DNA of 64,000 nucleotides from Opitutaceae bacterium. Its GTDB lineage: Bacteria; Verrucomicrobiota; Verrucomicrobiia; Opitutales; Coraliomargaritaceae. The stretch covers positions 32,001 through 96,000 of the forward strand of contig JBPOFY010000011.1 in the NCBI GenBank assembly GCA_051252375.1, written 5' to 3'. Under the pieces are notes generated by a model. It was not told the origin of the DNA. It saw only the letters and a list, made by a program, of their open reading frames with translations, and ran no database searches. Positions 22,385 through 34,524 of the stretch are shown in pieces (position 1 is the first letter of the stretch; the number at the start of each line of letters is the position of its first letter). The position numbers and the translations under genes are program-made.

Positions 22385-23563
22385 TTACGAATGACTTGGC
22401 ATCGGCACGTCGACTTCGACGTCGGCATCGTAATCGACACCTTTAAGACCGAAACCGAAGAGCTCGAGGAAATCGTTTTGGTAACCGGAAAAGTCGGAGA
22501 GCACGTTGAGGTTCTCGCTGGTGATGTCGGGCCAGATTTTGGCAACTGCGGCTTGCACATCGGCTTCCATTTCCCAGTCGTCGACACGAATGCGACCGAC
22601 TTCGTCGAGTTGTAGGTCGCCCCCATACATACGCTCGTTGAGCAAGCGCACCATCTGCTCGATGCAACCTTCGTGGTTACCCTTTGCCTTCATAATTTTG
22701 AAGAGGATCGAAATGTAAAGTGGCACTACCGGAATCGCGGAACTGGCTTGTGTGACCACCGCCTTATTGACCGAGACATAGGCTTCGCAATCGTGAGCTG
22801 CGGTGATGGCGGCAGCGGCACGCTCGACGTCTTTCTTCGCCTGACCGATCGTGCCGTTGGTGTAAACAGGCCATGTGATTTCGGGTCCAATGTAGGAGTA
22901 AGCCACTGCCTTCGCACCTGGTGCAAGCACGCCGGCATCGTCCAAGGCTTTCATCCACAGCTCCCAGTCTTCGCCACCCATCACTTTGACAGTGTGGTCG
23001 ACTTCTTCTTGCGAGGCTGACTCGATCGTGATTTCGCTCACCTCACCCTTGTCGGTGTCGAGTGTGCGGTTGGTGTAAGTTTGACCGATTGGTTTGAGGA
23101 CGGACTTGTAAGTTTCACCATCAGTCGGATCGGTGCGGCGTGGTGAGGCCAAGCTATAAACAACTAGGTCCACTTGCCCGAGATCCGCTTTAATCGTCTC
23201 GATGGTTTGCGCTTTGATCTCATTGGAAAAGGCGTCGCCATTGATGCTCTTCGCGTAAAGCCCTGCTTCACCGGCGGCTTTTTCGAATGCGACTGAGTTA
23301 TACCAACCCGCACTGGCTGGCTTGCCCTTCATCGAGGGGCGCTCGAAAAACACACCCAGCGTCGCGGCATCATGCCCAAAGGCGGCTGCAATACGCGTGG
23401 AAAAACCATATCCAGTCGAAGAACCGATCACCAAGACCTTTTTAGGACCACCTTCTTTTTTGGCGGCTTTCGCCACTTCGATTTCCTCACGCACTTTGGC
23501 CTCGCAGCCTGCTGGGTGAGCGGTGATACAAACAAATCCTCGGATACGTGGTTTTACGATCAT
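22385..23563 (-). CDS. fabV: Enoyl-ACP reductase FabV / trans-2-enoyl-CoA reductase
   Basis: MIVKPRIRGFVCITAHP, GSSTGYG, YSLASP, TVKVMGGEDW, FGF C-terminus. Confidence 0.95.
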   Translation of the reverse strand: MIVKPRIRGFVCITAHPAGCEAKVREEIEVAKAAKKEGGPKKVLVIGSSTGYGFSTRIAAAFGHDAATLGVFFERPSMKGKPASAGWYNSVAFEKAAGEAGLYAKSINGDAFSNEIKAQTIETIKADLGQVDLVVYSLASPRRTDPTDGETYKSVLKPIGQTYTNRTLDTDKGEVSEITIESASQEEVDHTVKVMGGEDWELWMKALDDAGVLAPGAKAVAYSYIGPEITWPVYTNGTIGQAKKDVERAAAAITAAHDCEAYVSVNKAVVTQASSAIPVVPLYISILFKIMKAKGNHEGCIEQMVRLLNERMYGGDLQLDEVGRIRVDDWEMEADVQAAVAKIWPDITSENLNVLSDFSGYQNDFLELFGFGLKGVDYDADVEVDVPMPSHS

Positions 23564-23675
23564 GGTATTCTTTCTAGTAGGTTTAAATTAAGCAGTGAAA
23601 GCAGGGATCAAAGTGGAGAGATGGCTGGCTGGCAATCGGTAATTCATAGAGAAAAAGACTCTACCAAGACGCCAA

Positions 23676-23955
23676 GCGGACGCGTGAAACGCGTCCCTCC
23701 AAAAAGTCACTGGAGGGTCGCGTTTCACACGTCCGCCGTTAATCGAATATACGCTTACGAATCGAACCAGCACATGCATGCACCCCTCCCTCTCGAAAAA
23801 GCATGACAATCAGCAGAGCTGGAAACCGCTGATGCTCGCTTATTTTCGCTAATATATAATCACTCAAATCATAAGCGTCTATCAGCGGACATAAGCGGTC
23901 GTCAGCTACGCTGCCCCACATCCAGTGCTCCCCGAAGCTAAGCTTCGAGGCTACG
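23676..23955. repeat. Mosaic repeat cluster: GGAG-type REP pair, ATAAGCG-arm element, GTAG REP
   Basis: GGAG palindromes at 23676-23701 and 23711-23736; ATAAGCG arms 23825-23901; CGAAGCTAAGCTTCG-AGGCTAC at about 23933-23954. Confidence 0.8.
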
Positions 23956-23969
23956 GAGCAATATGAAAC

Positions 23970-24002
23970 AAAAAAGGCCGCCTCCAAAATGGAAGCGGCC
24001 TT
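23970..24002 (-). terminator. Intrinsic terminator of the lipoprotein gene
   Basis: GGCCGC...GCGGCC stem with T6 on the minus strand. Confidence 0.8.
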
Positions 24003-24020
24003 CTTGAAAGAATAAACCAA

Positions 24021-25037
24021 TTATTTAGACTGAGGCATTGGCGCTTCAATCTCTTCCATTACTGGCGGTGCCATCATCGGCGCAGGAGCAGAACCACCGC
24101 CGAAGCCTTGGCCCATCATCATGAGACCCATCATCGGCATCATCGCACCTTGAAGTGCTTGGTCAAATTGCTCTTGAGTTTCAGCAGCTTCGATTTGCGC
24201 GAGCACGCCTTCTACCATTGCCAATACACCCATCACTTGTGGCTTCATTTCAGTCACTTCTTCAGGTGAAATCGCTTCAAGTTGCGCCTTGGCGTCGGTC
24301 ATGCTTTGAGTCCAGTCAGCAGCCATTTCCGTGGGCACCCAGCGGTTTTCCACCTTGGTGAATTCGCTAGTCTCTTCTGGCTGACCTGGCGCAGTGAATG
24401 AGAGCGTGGCCATTGTGTCGTCAGACTCAACGACTGCCACAACTGCATTGCGCAGATCATCTAGGCTTGGCTGCCCCTCTTCGTCGGACAACTTGGAAAG
24501 TTCTTCAATCAACTTAGTGAGCTTCGAAACGGTGACATCACAAAACTTTTGACCGTCGAAAGACTGCAGGCCTGCGCTGGTTGCGAGATCGCTGGTGGTG
24601 ATCACTTCGATAAATTGCACAAGTGCTGGAATCCCTTCGGCCATCTTGGCGCGCTCTTCATCGGAGCTTTGCCCCAAGGATGTATTTACGATGAAGTCTT
24701 TTTGCTTACCTGCGATTTGTCCGATGCGGCCGACTAAAGAGAAGGTCTTGTTATACATTTCAGCATCGATCTTGGTGCCGGCAAGTTGAACGACGCTATT
24801 CACATCGCCTTGATAGCTAGCTGGCATGGCCTTCCAGAGGATGCCGCCGTTACCGTTGGCCAGTTCGGTCATGATCAATTTCATCGCAGCATCTGGCGCA
24901 TCAGGAATGGTGAGCTCAGCTGGCGCTTCTGGAGCCGCGGCTGGTGCTGCGGCATCGTCTGCTTTCTTACCACAGGCAGTGAAAAAGAGCGCGGAGGTCA
25001 CAAGACCAAGCAAGAGTTTTTGAATGGGTGATTTCAT
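24021..25037 (-). CDS. Hypothetical lipoprotein
   Basis: Lipobox FTAC after a signal peptide; Ala/Pro linker; Met/Gly/Pro-rich tail. Confidence 0.8.
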   Translation of the reverse strand: MKSPIQKLLLGLVTSALFFTACGKKADDAAAPAAAPEAPAELTIPDAPDAAMKLIMTELANGNGGILWKAMPASYQGDVNSVVQLAGTKIDAEMYNKTFSLVGRIGQIAGKQKDFIVNTSLGQSSDEERAKMAEGIPALVQFIEVITTSDLATSAGLQSFDGQKFCDVTVSKLTKLIEELSKLSDEEGQPSLDDLRNAVVAVVESDDTMATLSFTAPGQPEETSEFTKVENRWVPTEMAADWTQSMTDAKAQLEAISPEEVTEMKPQVMGVLAMVEGVLAQIEAAETQEQFDQALQGAMMPMMGLMMMGQGFGGGSAPAPMMAPPVMEEIEAPMPQSK

Positions 25038-25134
25038 AGAATCAAATATAAGGTGGGGAAGAAAACCTTCCGATTGGTATTATTGGTGGAGATAAAGAAG
25101 CCTCAGGAAATCCCCGAGGCTTCTGAAAGTAATG

Positions 25135-26094
<960 letters not shown>

Positions 26095-26188
26095 ATAAAT
26101 AACTTTGATTGGGTGAAAAGTAGTCGAAGAGGCCTTAAAACATCGGAAAACCGCACTGAGGCAAGCATTTGTCCCCAATTTCGGGCAT

Positions 26189-26216
26189 AAAAAAACACCG
26201 CAATCTACGGTGTTTT
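26189..26216 (-). terminator. Intrinsic terminator after infA
   Basis: AAAACACCG...CGGTGTTTT with T7 on the minus strand. Confidence 0.75.
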
Positions 26217-26240
26217 CTAAAAAGTAAGGTCTGTTCCAAA

Positions 26241-26522
26241 TTATCGGCGACGTGGGCCGAAGCTACGACGTGGCGCACCGCGCTGAACAGCAGCATTGCG
26301 GAGACGATAGACGATACGTGCCTTATTGAGGTCGTAAGGGCTCATTTCCATCTTCACAGTATCACCAGTGGTGATCTTAATGAAGTGCTTGCGGAGCTTA
26401 CCGGAGATGTGCGCGAGCACCTGATGTCCGTTGGTAAGTTCCACCCGAAACATAGTGCCCGGTAGGACCGCTACGATTTTGCCTTCGACTTCGACGTATT
26501 CTTCGCTTTGTGCTTTTGCCAT
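26241..26522 (-). CDS. infA: Translation initiation factor IF-1
   Basis: [22 protein letters not shown]...SPYDL...RIVYR. Confidence 0.96.
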   Translation of the reverse strand: MAKAQSEEYVEVEGKIVAVLPGTMFRVELTNGHQVLAHISGKLRKHFIKITTGDTVKMEMSPYDLNKARIVYRLRNAAVQRGAPRRSFGPRRR

Positions 26523-26687
26523 AGATAATTAGGAAAGCGGCGAGAAAATCGCTTTACTGCCGAAAGTCAAGGATCGTTCTCGCACCACAAACGTCTGAGT
26601 ATAAAATATTTCAACATCGAGAAGTCACACATTGTGACCATTACGCTTACTTCTTAATTCATAATTCCTAATTCCTAATTCTCCTCA

Positions 26688-27236
26688 ATGGACTGCCCAT
26701 TCGAAAAAATCTTCCCCTCCGAGCTAAACCGCGATGCGGACTACTACATGACGCATGCCTACAACGAAGCGATCGAGGCGTGGAAAAAGGACGAAGTGCC
26801 CATCGGTGCGGTGATCGAGCACAAGGGTCGCGTGATCGCCTCCGCCCACAACCAATCTCGTTCCACCAACGACCCCACCGCGCACGCCGAGATCCTAGCC
26901 ATCTCCCAAGCAGCCACCTACCTCGGCGACTGGCGCCTCAACGAGTGCACCCTCTACGTGACCAAAGAGCCCTGTCCCATGTGCTCCGGCGCCATGGTCA
27001 TCGCTCGCATGGGCAAAGTTGTCTACGGTCTCCCCGACCCGAAAATGGGCTGCGTCGGCGGCGCCGCTGACCTTGGCGCCCTCCCCGAGAGCAATCACAA
27101 GTTCGAATCCGTCGGTGGCGTCCTCCAGGAGCTCAACCACGAGATACTCAAAGCCTTCTTCGATAAAAAGCGTGACGACAATAAGGCAAAGAAACTCGAA
27201 GCCGGTTCTGAAGAAAACCAAATGCCGCCGGCATAG
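26688..27236 (+). CDS. tadA: tRNA adenosine(34) deaminase
   Basis: EVPIGA, DPTAHAE, EPCPMC motifs. Confidence 0.92.
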   Translation: MDCPFEKIFPSELNRDADYYMTHAYNEAIEAWKKDEVPIGAVIEHKGRVIASAHNQSRSTNDPTAHAEILAISQAATYLGDWRLNECTLYVTKEPCPMCSGAMVIARMGKVVYGLPDPKMGCVGGAADLGALPESNHKFESVGGVLQELNHEILKAFFDKKRDDNKAKKLEAGSEENQMPPA

Positions 27237-27241
27237 CTGAA

Positions 27242-27341
27242 GGTAGCGGCGATTGTCCCTAATCGCCACCTGTCGGAGTCGCACGGGCATCACCGAATCA
27301 AACACACTACAAAGATTGCGGTCGGGACGACCGCCGCTACC
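27242..27341. repeat. REP doublet (GTAG-type)
   Basis: GGTAGCGGCGATTGTCCCTAATCGCCA ... GCGGTCGGGACGACCGCCGCTACC. Confidence 0.85.
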
Positions 27342-27460
27342 CCTAGAATCTCCATAGACTCCAACCATTACCGTCTATGAACGTTCATTAGCGGTAAAAA
27401 CCCATCGTCCAAGTCACTGAAAACCTGCGCGGACAATGTCGAAATTCCGACATCACTCAT

Positions 27461-27489
27461 TTGACAGAACGCCGATCGACACTCATCAT
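27461..27489 (+). promoter_or_regulatory. Putative sigma70 promoter of sodA
   Basis: TTGACA-N17-CATCAT about 40 nt upstream of the ATG. Confidence 0.5.
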
Positions 27490-27530
27490 TCCCAACTCTC
27501 TCAAGAACTAAACATAGAAAATAACTACAT

Positions 27531-28157
27531 ATGGCTCACGAATTACCAGCACTCCCATACGCAAACGATGCGCTCGAACCACACTTCGACGCTCGCACAA
27601 TGGAAATCCACCACGACAAGCATCACAATGCTTACGTCACGAATTTAAACGCAGCGCTCGAAGGCACTGGCCTTGAAGATAAGAGCCTTTGCGAAATCAT
27701 CGGCAACCTTGATGCAGTTCCTGCTGAAAAGCGCGGCGCCGTGCGCAACAACGGTGGTGGCCACGCCAACCACTCTTTCTTCTGGAAGATCCTCAGCCCA
27801 AATGGCGGCGGCGCACCTACAGGTGAGCTCGCAGCTGCGATCGACGCAGAGCTTGGCGGTTTTGACGCATTCAAAGAAGCTTTTGCTAAAGCAGGCATGA
27901 CACGTTTCGGTTCTGGTTGGGCATGGCTCATCGTCAAACCTTGTGGTTCCCTCGCAGTGACTTCGACTCCTAACCAAGACTGCCCATGCATGACAGGTGT
28001 TGCAGAAGTTGAAGGCAAACCAGTCATCGGCCTCGATGTTTGGGAGCACGCTTACTACCTCAAGTATCAGAATCTTCGCCCGAACTACATCGCAGCTTTC
28101 TGGAACCTTGTCGACTGGAGCGCAGCCGAAGAAAACTACAAGAGCGCGAAAGCGTAA
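27531..28157 (+). CDS. sodA: Superoxide dismutase, Mn-type signature
   Basis: [28 protein letters not shown]. Confidence 0.93.
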   Translation: MAHELPALPYANDALEPHFDARTMEIHHDKHHNAYVTNLNAALEGTGLEDKSLCEIIGNLDAVPAEKRGAVRNNGGGHANHSFFWKILSPNGGGAPTGELAAAIDAELGGFDAFKEAFAKAGMTRFGSGWAWLIVKPCGSLAVTSTPNQDCPCMTGVAEVEGKPVIGLDVWEHAYYLKYQNLRPNYIAAFWNLVDWSAAEENYKSAKA

Positions 28158-28178
28158 GTTTTCAAAAACGATTTAAAC

Positions 28179-28210
28179 AAAAGCCGTCCCAATTCGGGGC
28201 GGCTTTTTTT
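28179..28210 (+). terminator. Intrinsic terminator after sodA
   Basis: AAGCCGTCCC...GGGGCGGC-T7. Confidence 0.85.
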
Positions 28211-28239
28211 GTGCCCGTCGTAATCTACTAGGGAATGAT

Positions 28240-28336
28240 TGGAGGGCAATGCTCTGTCATTGCCGTTCGCCAAGGGCGCTCGAAATTATCTGACCGCAAG
28301 TCATACGTGCGGAAACGACGGAACGTTTCCCTCCAG
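28240..28336. repeat. ~97-bp GGAG-type REP doublet (REPIN/MITE-like), copy 1
   Basis: Its reverse complement aligns over the full length, spacer included, with 63257-63354. Confidence 0.9.
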
Positions 28337-28354
28337 AGCCTCATTGCTTCGGCC

Positions 28355-29641
28355 CTACTTCGTTTCCGTCAGCCACTGGCTTAAAGTTTCCTCCAAGCTG
28401 GCGCCCTTCCCTGGAAACTTTTCGTGCAGATCTTTCAGCTCGGTGGGGTCATCTTTCAGATTGTAAAGTTCGGCACCGTCGGGGCCTTTGATGAGTTTCT
28501 CCCAGCCTTCGATGAGCACTCGAGCGGTGAGACCATGATCGAGATCTTCGAGCTGATCTAGATCGCTGTCGTGCGCATACACATCGACGAAAATACGGTT
28601 CCGTGCCTGCAGCTCCTTCGTGTCACGAAGGTCGAGCCCGCTCATCGCTTCGGGCACAGCAATGCCACAGGCTTTGAGAATCGTCGGTGCGATATCAATA
28701 TTGCTGGCCAGCGTTGACTCATCGCGAGCGGGTGCGATCTTACCGGCTTGGCTTAGAAAGATGGGTGTGCGTATGCCCATCTCGTAGGGCTCACGCTTCG
28801 AGCGACTGTCGAAGCGATTACGTTGCTCCGGGTCCTGAATCCACCCGTTGTCGCAAGTATAGACAAAGAGTGTGTCCTCATAGATACCCTGCTCCTTCAG
28901 GTAGTTGATCAGTTGCCCACAGGTTTGATCCAACCACTCACAGTTGGCCCAATACCAGGCGGTGGGTTCATTGGGCGCGACATCGCGGTATTTCTCAAAA
29001 AGCTCCGCAGGGGCATTATGAGGAGAGTGAGGTAAGAAGACGCCATACCAAATAAAGAAGGGTTCTTCCGCCGCGACTGCTTGATCCACGAAATCATAAA
29101 CCGGCTGCATGGTGCTGCGGCCTATCTTCAAGCCCACATCTCCATGTCGTCCTCCTTTGAGTGGGTTGCCATGAGTCATCGCTTGATCGAAGCCATGCTC
29201 CAAAGGGTTGCCCTCCCACCATTTCCCGGTTTGCAGCGTCGCATAGCCGTGGGTCTGTAATTCTTTAATAAACGACGGGTGGGTTTGCATCGGTGCGCTC
29301 ATACGCGCACGTATGGCAGCTTTGGCGCCGGGGTTCTTGGCTGCTCGCCAGCCAACAGGGTCATTGCCCCGGATCCCAGTCTGATGTGGATACAGCCCCG
29401 TCACGATACTCGCGAGAGAAGGTCGGCAGAGGGGCGCTGTCACGTAGCCGCGCTCAAAGAGTAGACCTTCGGCAGCCAAGCGATCGAGGTTCGGTGTCTC
29501 GATGTGCGGATGCCCCATAAAACCGTAATCAGTCCAGCCTTGATCATCGCTGAGTAAGAAAACGACATTCGGACGCTTCGTGGCAAAGGTGACCCCGATG
29601 CTGAGAAGTAGTAGTGCGATGAATGTCGTCGAAATCCTCAT
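28355..29641 (-). CDS. Sulfatase-like hydrolase (S1 family)
   Basis: Signal peptide, RPNVVFLLSDDQG, CRPSLASIVTG, TGKWW, DNG. Confidence 0.88.
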   Translation of the reverse strand: MRISTTFIALLLLSIGVTFATKRPNVVFLLSDDQGWTDYGFMGHPHIETPNLDRLAAEGLLFERGYVTAPLCRPSLASIVTGLYPHQTGIRGNDPVGWRAAKNPGAKAAIRARMSAPMQTHPSFIKELQTHGYATLQTGKWWEGNPLEHGFDQAMTHGNPLKGGRHGDVGLKIGRSTMQPVYDFVDQAVAAEEPFFIWYGVFLPHSPHNAPAELFEKYRDVAPNEPTAWYWANCEWLDQTCGQLINYLKEQGIYEDTLFVYTCDNGWIQDPEQRNRFDSRSKREPYEMGIRTPIFLSQAGKIAPARDESTLASNIDIAPTILKACGIAVPEAMSGLDLRDTKELQARNRIFVDVYAHDSDLDQLEDLDHGLTARVLIEGWEKLIKGPDGAELYNLKDDPTELKDLHEKFPGKGASLEETLSQWLTETK

Positions 29642-29730
29642 GAGGTTTTTATGGTCAGAGTCTTGCTAACTTTGACAGACCGTGCGTCGAAGGCAAACCT
29701 TCCTAGACAGTGACTATGAACAAAAAGTAT

Positions 29731-29812
29731 GACTACGAAAATCGCTGAAGTCGCGAAACGACTCTGACGTGCCTGAGTTCATTTTTTCGCGGCTTTCGTG
29801 CCTTTCGTAGTC
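29731..29812. repeat. Imperfect inverted arms (GACTACGAAA...CGCGAAA)
   Basis: 29731-29758 versus the reverse complement of 29785-29812. Confidence 0.7.
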
Positions 29813-29848
29813 AAAATTTCTCGTGGCTGACAGCTTCTGCCCCCTAGG

Positions 29849-31237
<1,389 letters not shown>

Positions 31238-31252
31238 TTATTCATCGCCTCT

Positions 31253-31723
31253 ATGAGTCTCGACATTCCCAGTATTCAAGAAATCGACGGTAGCGGCATG
31301 CGCTTTGCCGTGATTGCTTCGCGCTACAATGAAGCCTTGGTCGACTCCCTTGTGCGTCATGCTTGCGCCACCCTTGAAGCCGCCGGAGCGGTGACTCCTG
31401 TGATCGAGCGCGTGCCAGGTGCCGCAGAGCTGCCCTTTGCCGCAAGCACGATCGCCACCCACACAAAGTTCGACGGCATCATCGTGATCGGCGTCGTGAT
31501 TGCAGGCGACACGAACCACCACGAAATTATCGGCGATAGCACCGCCACCGCCCTGCTCGACATCAGCATCGCACAAAAAGTGCCCGTCATTAACGGCATC
31601 CTCGTCGTGAACAACCTCGCACAAGCCGAGGCTCGAGCTGGCGAAGAAATCAACCGCGGCAAAGAATTTGCCCAAGCAGCCCTTGAAATGGCCGCATTTA
31701 CAAAAAAATGGAAGACGAAGTAA
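31253..31723 (+). CDS. ribH: 6,7-dimethyl-8-ribityllumazine synthase
   Basis: VPGAAELP, GVVIAGDTNH, VPVINGIL; precedes nusB; start at ATG 31253. Confidence 0.93.
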   Translation: MSLDIPSIQEIDGSGMRFAVIASRYNEALVDSLVRHACATLEAAGAVTPVIERVPGAAELPFAASTIATHTKFDGIIVIGVVIAGDTNHHEIIGDSTATALLDISIAQKVPVINGILVVNNLAQAEARAGEEINRGKEFAQAALEMAAFTKKWKTK

Positions 31724-32169
31724 AACCAGTTAAACGCGCCTCACAGCGCCGCGAAAACCGCATGTGTGCGGTGCAATTCCTCTACCAGTGGGAACTCAAT
31801 AAACCAGAGCAACTCAACGATGCGGTCTGCACGTTTTTTGAGACCCAAGAGCAACCACGTGAATACTTCGCATTTGCTGAAGAGTTGATCCACGGCACGA
31901 TCGAACACATCGAAGCAGTCGATTTCGAGATCAAGGAACACGCCGCGAACTGGACTTTCGAACGTATCGCCAAAGTCGATCTCTCCGTGCTTCGCCTCGC
32001 AATCTACGAGTTGCTCCAACGCAGAGACATCCCGCCGATTGTCAGTATCAACGAAGCGATCGAGCTCGGAAAGATTTTCTCCAACCCTGATTCAAAGCGC
32101 TTTATCAACGGCATACTGGATCAGATGAAAAACAAGATCTCTCGCCCGCTTCGCGAAGCAGCTGAGTAA
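31708..32169 (+). CDS. nusB: Transcription antitermination factor NusB
   Basis: RRENRMCAVQFLYQ, NWTFERI, VSINEAIEL, FINGILD. Confidence 0.95.
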   Translation: MEDEVKPVKRASQRRENRMCAVQFLYQWELNKPEQLNDAVCTFFETQEQPREYFAFAEELIHGTIEHIEAVDFEIKEHAANWTFERIAKVDLSVLRLAIYELLQRRDIPPIVSINEAIELGKIFSNPDSKRFINGILDQMKNKISRPLREAAE

Positions 32170-32228
32170 TGTGAAGGGCAATGCTCCGCTCTAACCTGAG
32201 CAGTTCCCTCGACTAAAGAAATAGACAC

Positions 32229-33155
32229 ATGCGCGGACTCTTTAAAAAGTTTAAAGACGGGCTCAAACGCCAAACACCCACTTTCCGAAAGGCCTTCGAC
32301 GGCATCTTCTCGGGAGCGCAGCTCGATGCAGGCGCGTTGGACGAACTAGAAGAAGCCCTCTACACCGCTGACTTCGGACACGAAACTGTCGAAGAAATTA
32401 TCGACGAAATCAAGGTCGCCTACAAAGCCGACAAGACGATGCGCGGCGAAGACGCTGCGAAGATCGGCGCTACCGTGCTTGCCCGCGTATTGGAAGGTGC
32501 AGAAGGCCGTGTCGAGATCGGCGCAAACCACCCAGAAGTCATTTGCCTCGTCGGCGTGAACGGCGCCGGCAAGACGACCACTTCCGCCAAGCTCAGCTAT
32601 CTGTATCAAAATGACGGATACAAAGTGCTACTCGGCGCCTGCGACACTTTCCGCGCAGCGGCTAATGAGCAGATCAAAGCTTGGGCCGACCGCCTCGAAA
32701 TCGACATCGTGGCCAGTCAACACGGTGCAGACTCCGCAGCCGTCGCCTTCGACGCCCTCGCTGCTGCCAAGAGCCGCGGTCGCGACCTTGTCATCCTCGA
32801 CACCGCTGGTCGCCTCCACACGAAAAGTAATTTAATGAAGGAGTTGGAAAAGCTCCTCCGCGTCGTGCAGAAGCAAGACCCCAGCGCACCACACCACAGC
32901 TGGCTCGTGGTGGACGGCAGCCTCGGCTCGAACTCCATCGAACAAGCACGTGTCTTTAACAAAAGCTTCCCGCTGACCGGGCTCATCATCACCAAGCTCG
33001 ACGGCACCAGCCGCGGCGGCGCCCTCGTCGGCATCTACCGCGAACTTAAACTACCCATTTACTTCGTAGGCCTCGGCGAACAACCCAACGATCTTCAGCC
33101 ATTTTCAGCCGCAAACTACGCCAAAGCGATTTTCGGGATCAGCGAAGATTCGTAG
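32229..33155 (+). CDS. ftsY: Signal recognition particle receptor FtsY
   Basis: GVNGAGKTT, DTFRAAA, DTAGR, TKLDGTSRGG. Confidence 0.96.
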   Translation: MRGLFKKFKDGLKRQTPTFRKAFDGIFSGAQLDAGALDELEEALYTADFGHETVEEIIDEIKVAYKADKTMRGEDAAKIGATVLARVLEGAEGRVEIGANHPEVICLVGVNGAGKTTTSAKLSYLYQNDGYKVLLGACDTFRAAANEQIKAWADRLEIDIVASQHGADSAAVAFDALAAAKSRGRDLVILDTAGRLHTKSNLMKELEKLLRVVQKQDPSAPHHSWLVVDGSLGSNSIEQARVFNKSFPLTGLIITKLDGTSRGGALVGIYRELKLPIYFVGLGEQPNDLQPFSAANYAKAIFGISEDS

Positions 33156-33366
33156 CCACGCTGGAGGAACGTGTTTCACACGTCCGCCATCAGCTTAAAA
33201 CTGAAGTTGTAGCCACGGCAGCCCCCTGCCGTGTTCATAGCCAAAGAGTCCATAACAGAGCCATCCACCGCAATTTTAAGACAGCTGCCTTGCAGAGCGT
33301 CACCGAATCTGTTTTAGCTTTAAGATAGTAAGTCCTTTCAGTTTTCAGTATTTCAGCTTTTAAAAC

Positions 33367-34455
33367 ATGACCGCCCCGCTCACCGTTGCCCTCGCAGACC
33401 GCTCTTATCCGATACACTTCAATGAAAGTGCGACCGCACTGAAGGCCGAGGTCAGCCAACTACGCGCCGCCAAGCGCAGCATCCGCGTGATCAGTGATGC
33501 ACGTGTGCTCCATGCACACCCTAGCTATTTGGCACAGGCGGGCTTTCATGATGACGAAATCTTGTCTTTGCCTTCCGGCGAGCCAACGAAGTCGGTCGAA
33601 TTCTTCAGCCAGGCGTTGAGCTTCCTCGCGAGTCAAGCCGCCAACCGCGACTGCGCACTCTTCGCTTTCGGTGGTGGTGTGATTGGCGACCTCGCCGGCT
33701 ATGTGGCCGCGAGCTATCTGCGCGGCATCGATTTTTACCAAATCCCCACCACCCTGCTCTCCATGGTGGACAGCTCGGTCGGCGGCAAAACCGGCATCAA
33801 TCTACCGGAAGGTAAAAATCTCGTTGGTGCATTCTGGCAGCCGAAAGCCGTCTATATCGATGCAGCACTTTTACAAACACTGCCGCCGCGTGAGTTCGCC
33901 GCTGGCATGGCCGAAGTGATCAAATACGGCATGCTCGCCGATGCCACACTCCTCAGCAATCTTGAAGCACTGGATGGGCTCGACGCCACCTCCGATGAAC
34001 TCCCTGCAGTCATCCGCCGCTGTTGCGAAATCAAAGCACAAGTCGTCGCGGACGATGAAAAGGAAACCGCCGCTTCCGGTGGTCGCGCATTGCTCAACCT
34101 CGGACACACCTTTGCCCATGCGATCGAAAATGTCGCTGGCTACGGCACCTACCTCCATGGTGAAGCCGTCGCGATCGGGCTCAAACTAGCCACTCAGCTC
34201 TCGGTTCATCTCGAACAAATACCTGCTGGCGATGTCGCGCACGTGCAACGCATCATCGAGCAATTTAAGCTGCCTACACACATCGACGAACCACTCAAGG
34301 TCGTCGATCTTATGGCCGCAATGCAGCGCGACAAAAAGAACCGCAGCGGACACCTACGTTTTGTGACCATGACTCACCTCGGCACCGCCGTCACCACCGA
34401 CGGTATCGGCGCAGAGTTGATCGAAAACCTCTGGCGCGAAGCTGGAGCGGAGTAA
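33367..34455 (+). CDS. aroB: 3-dehydroquinate synthase
   Basis: GGGVIGD, PTTLLSMVDSSVGGKT, LNLGHTFAHAIE, HGEAV. Confidence 0.96.
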   Translation: MTAPLTVALADRSYPIHFNESATALKAEVSQLRAAKRSIRVISDARVLHAHPSYLAQAGFHDDEILSLPSGEPTKSVEFFSQALSFLASQAANRDCALFAFGGGVIGDLAGYVAASYLRGIDFYQIPTTLLSMVDSSVGGKTGINLPEGKNLVGAFWQPKAVYIDAALLQTLPPREFAAGMAEVIKYGMLADATLLSNLEALDGLDATSDELPAVIRRCCEIKAQVVADDEKETAASGGRALLNLGHTFAHAIENVAGYGTYLHGEAVAIGLKLATQLSVHLEQIPAGDVAHVQRIIEQFKLPTHIDEPLKVVDLMAAMQRDKKNRSGHLRFVTMTHLGTAVTTDGIGAELIENLWREAGAE

Positions 34456-34524
34456 CAAGCCCAAAGCAACGACTCAGAGAGGACAAGATCTGCAGTTTCC
34501 TGCAACTTTCTAGGATAATGAACT

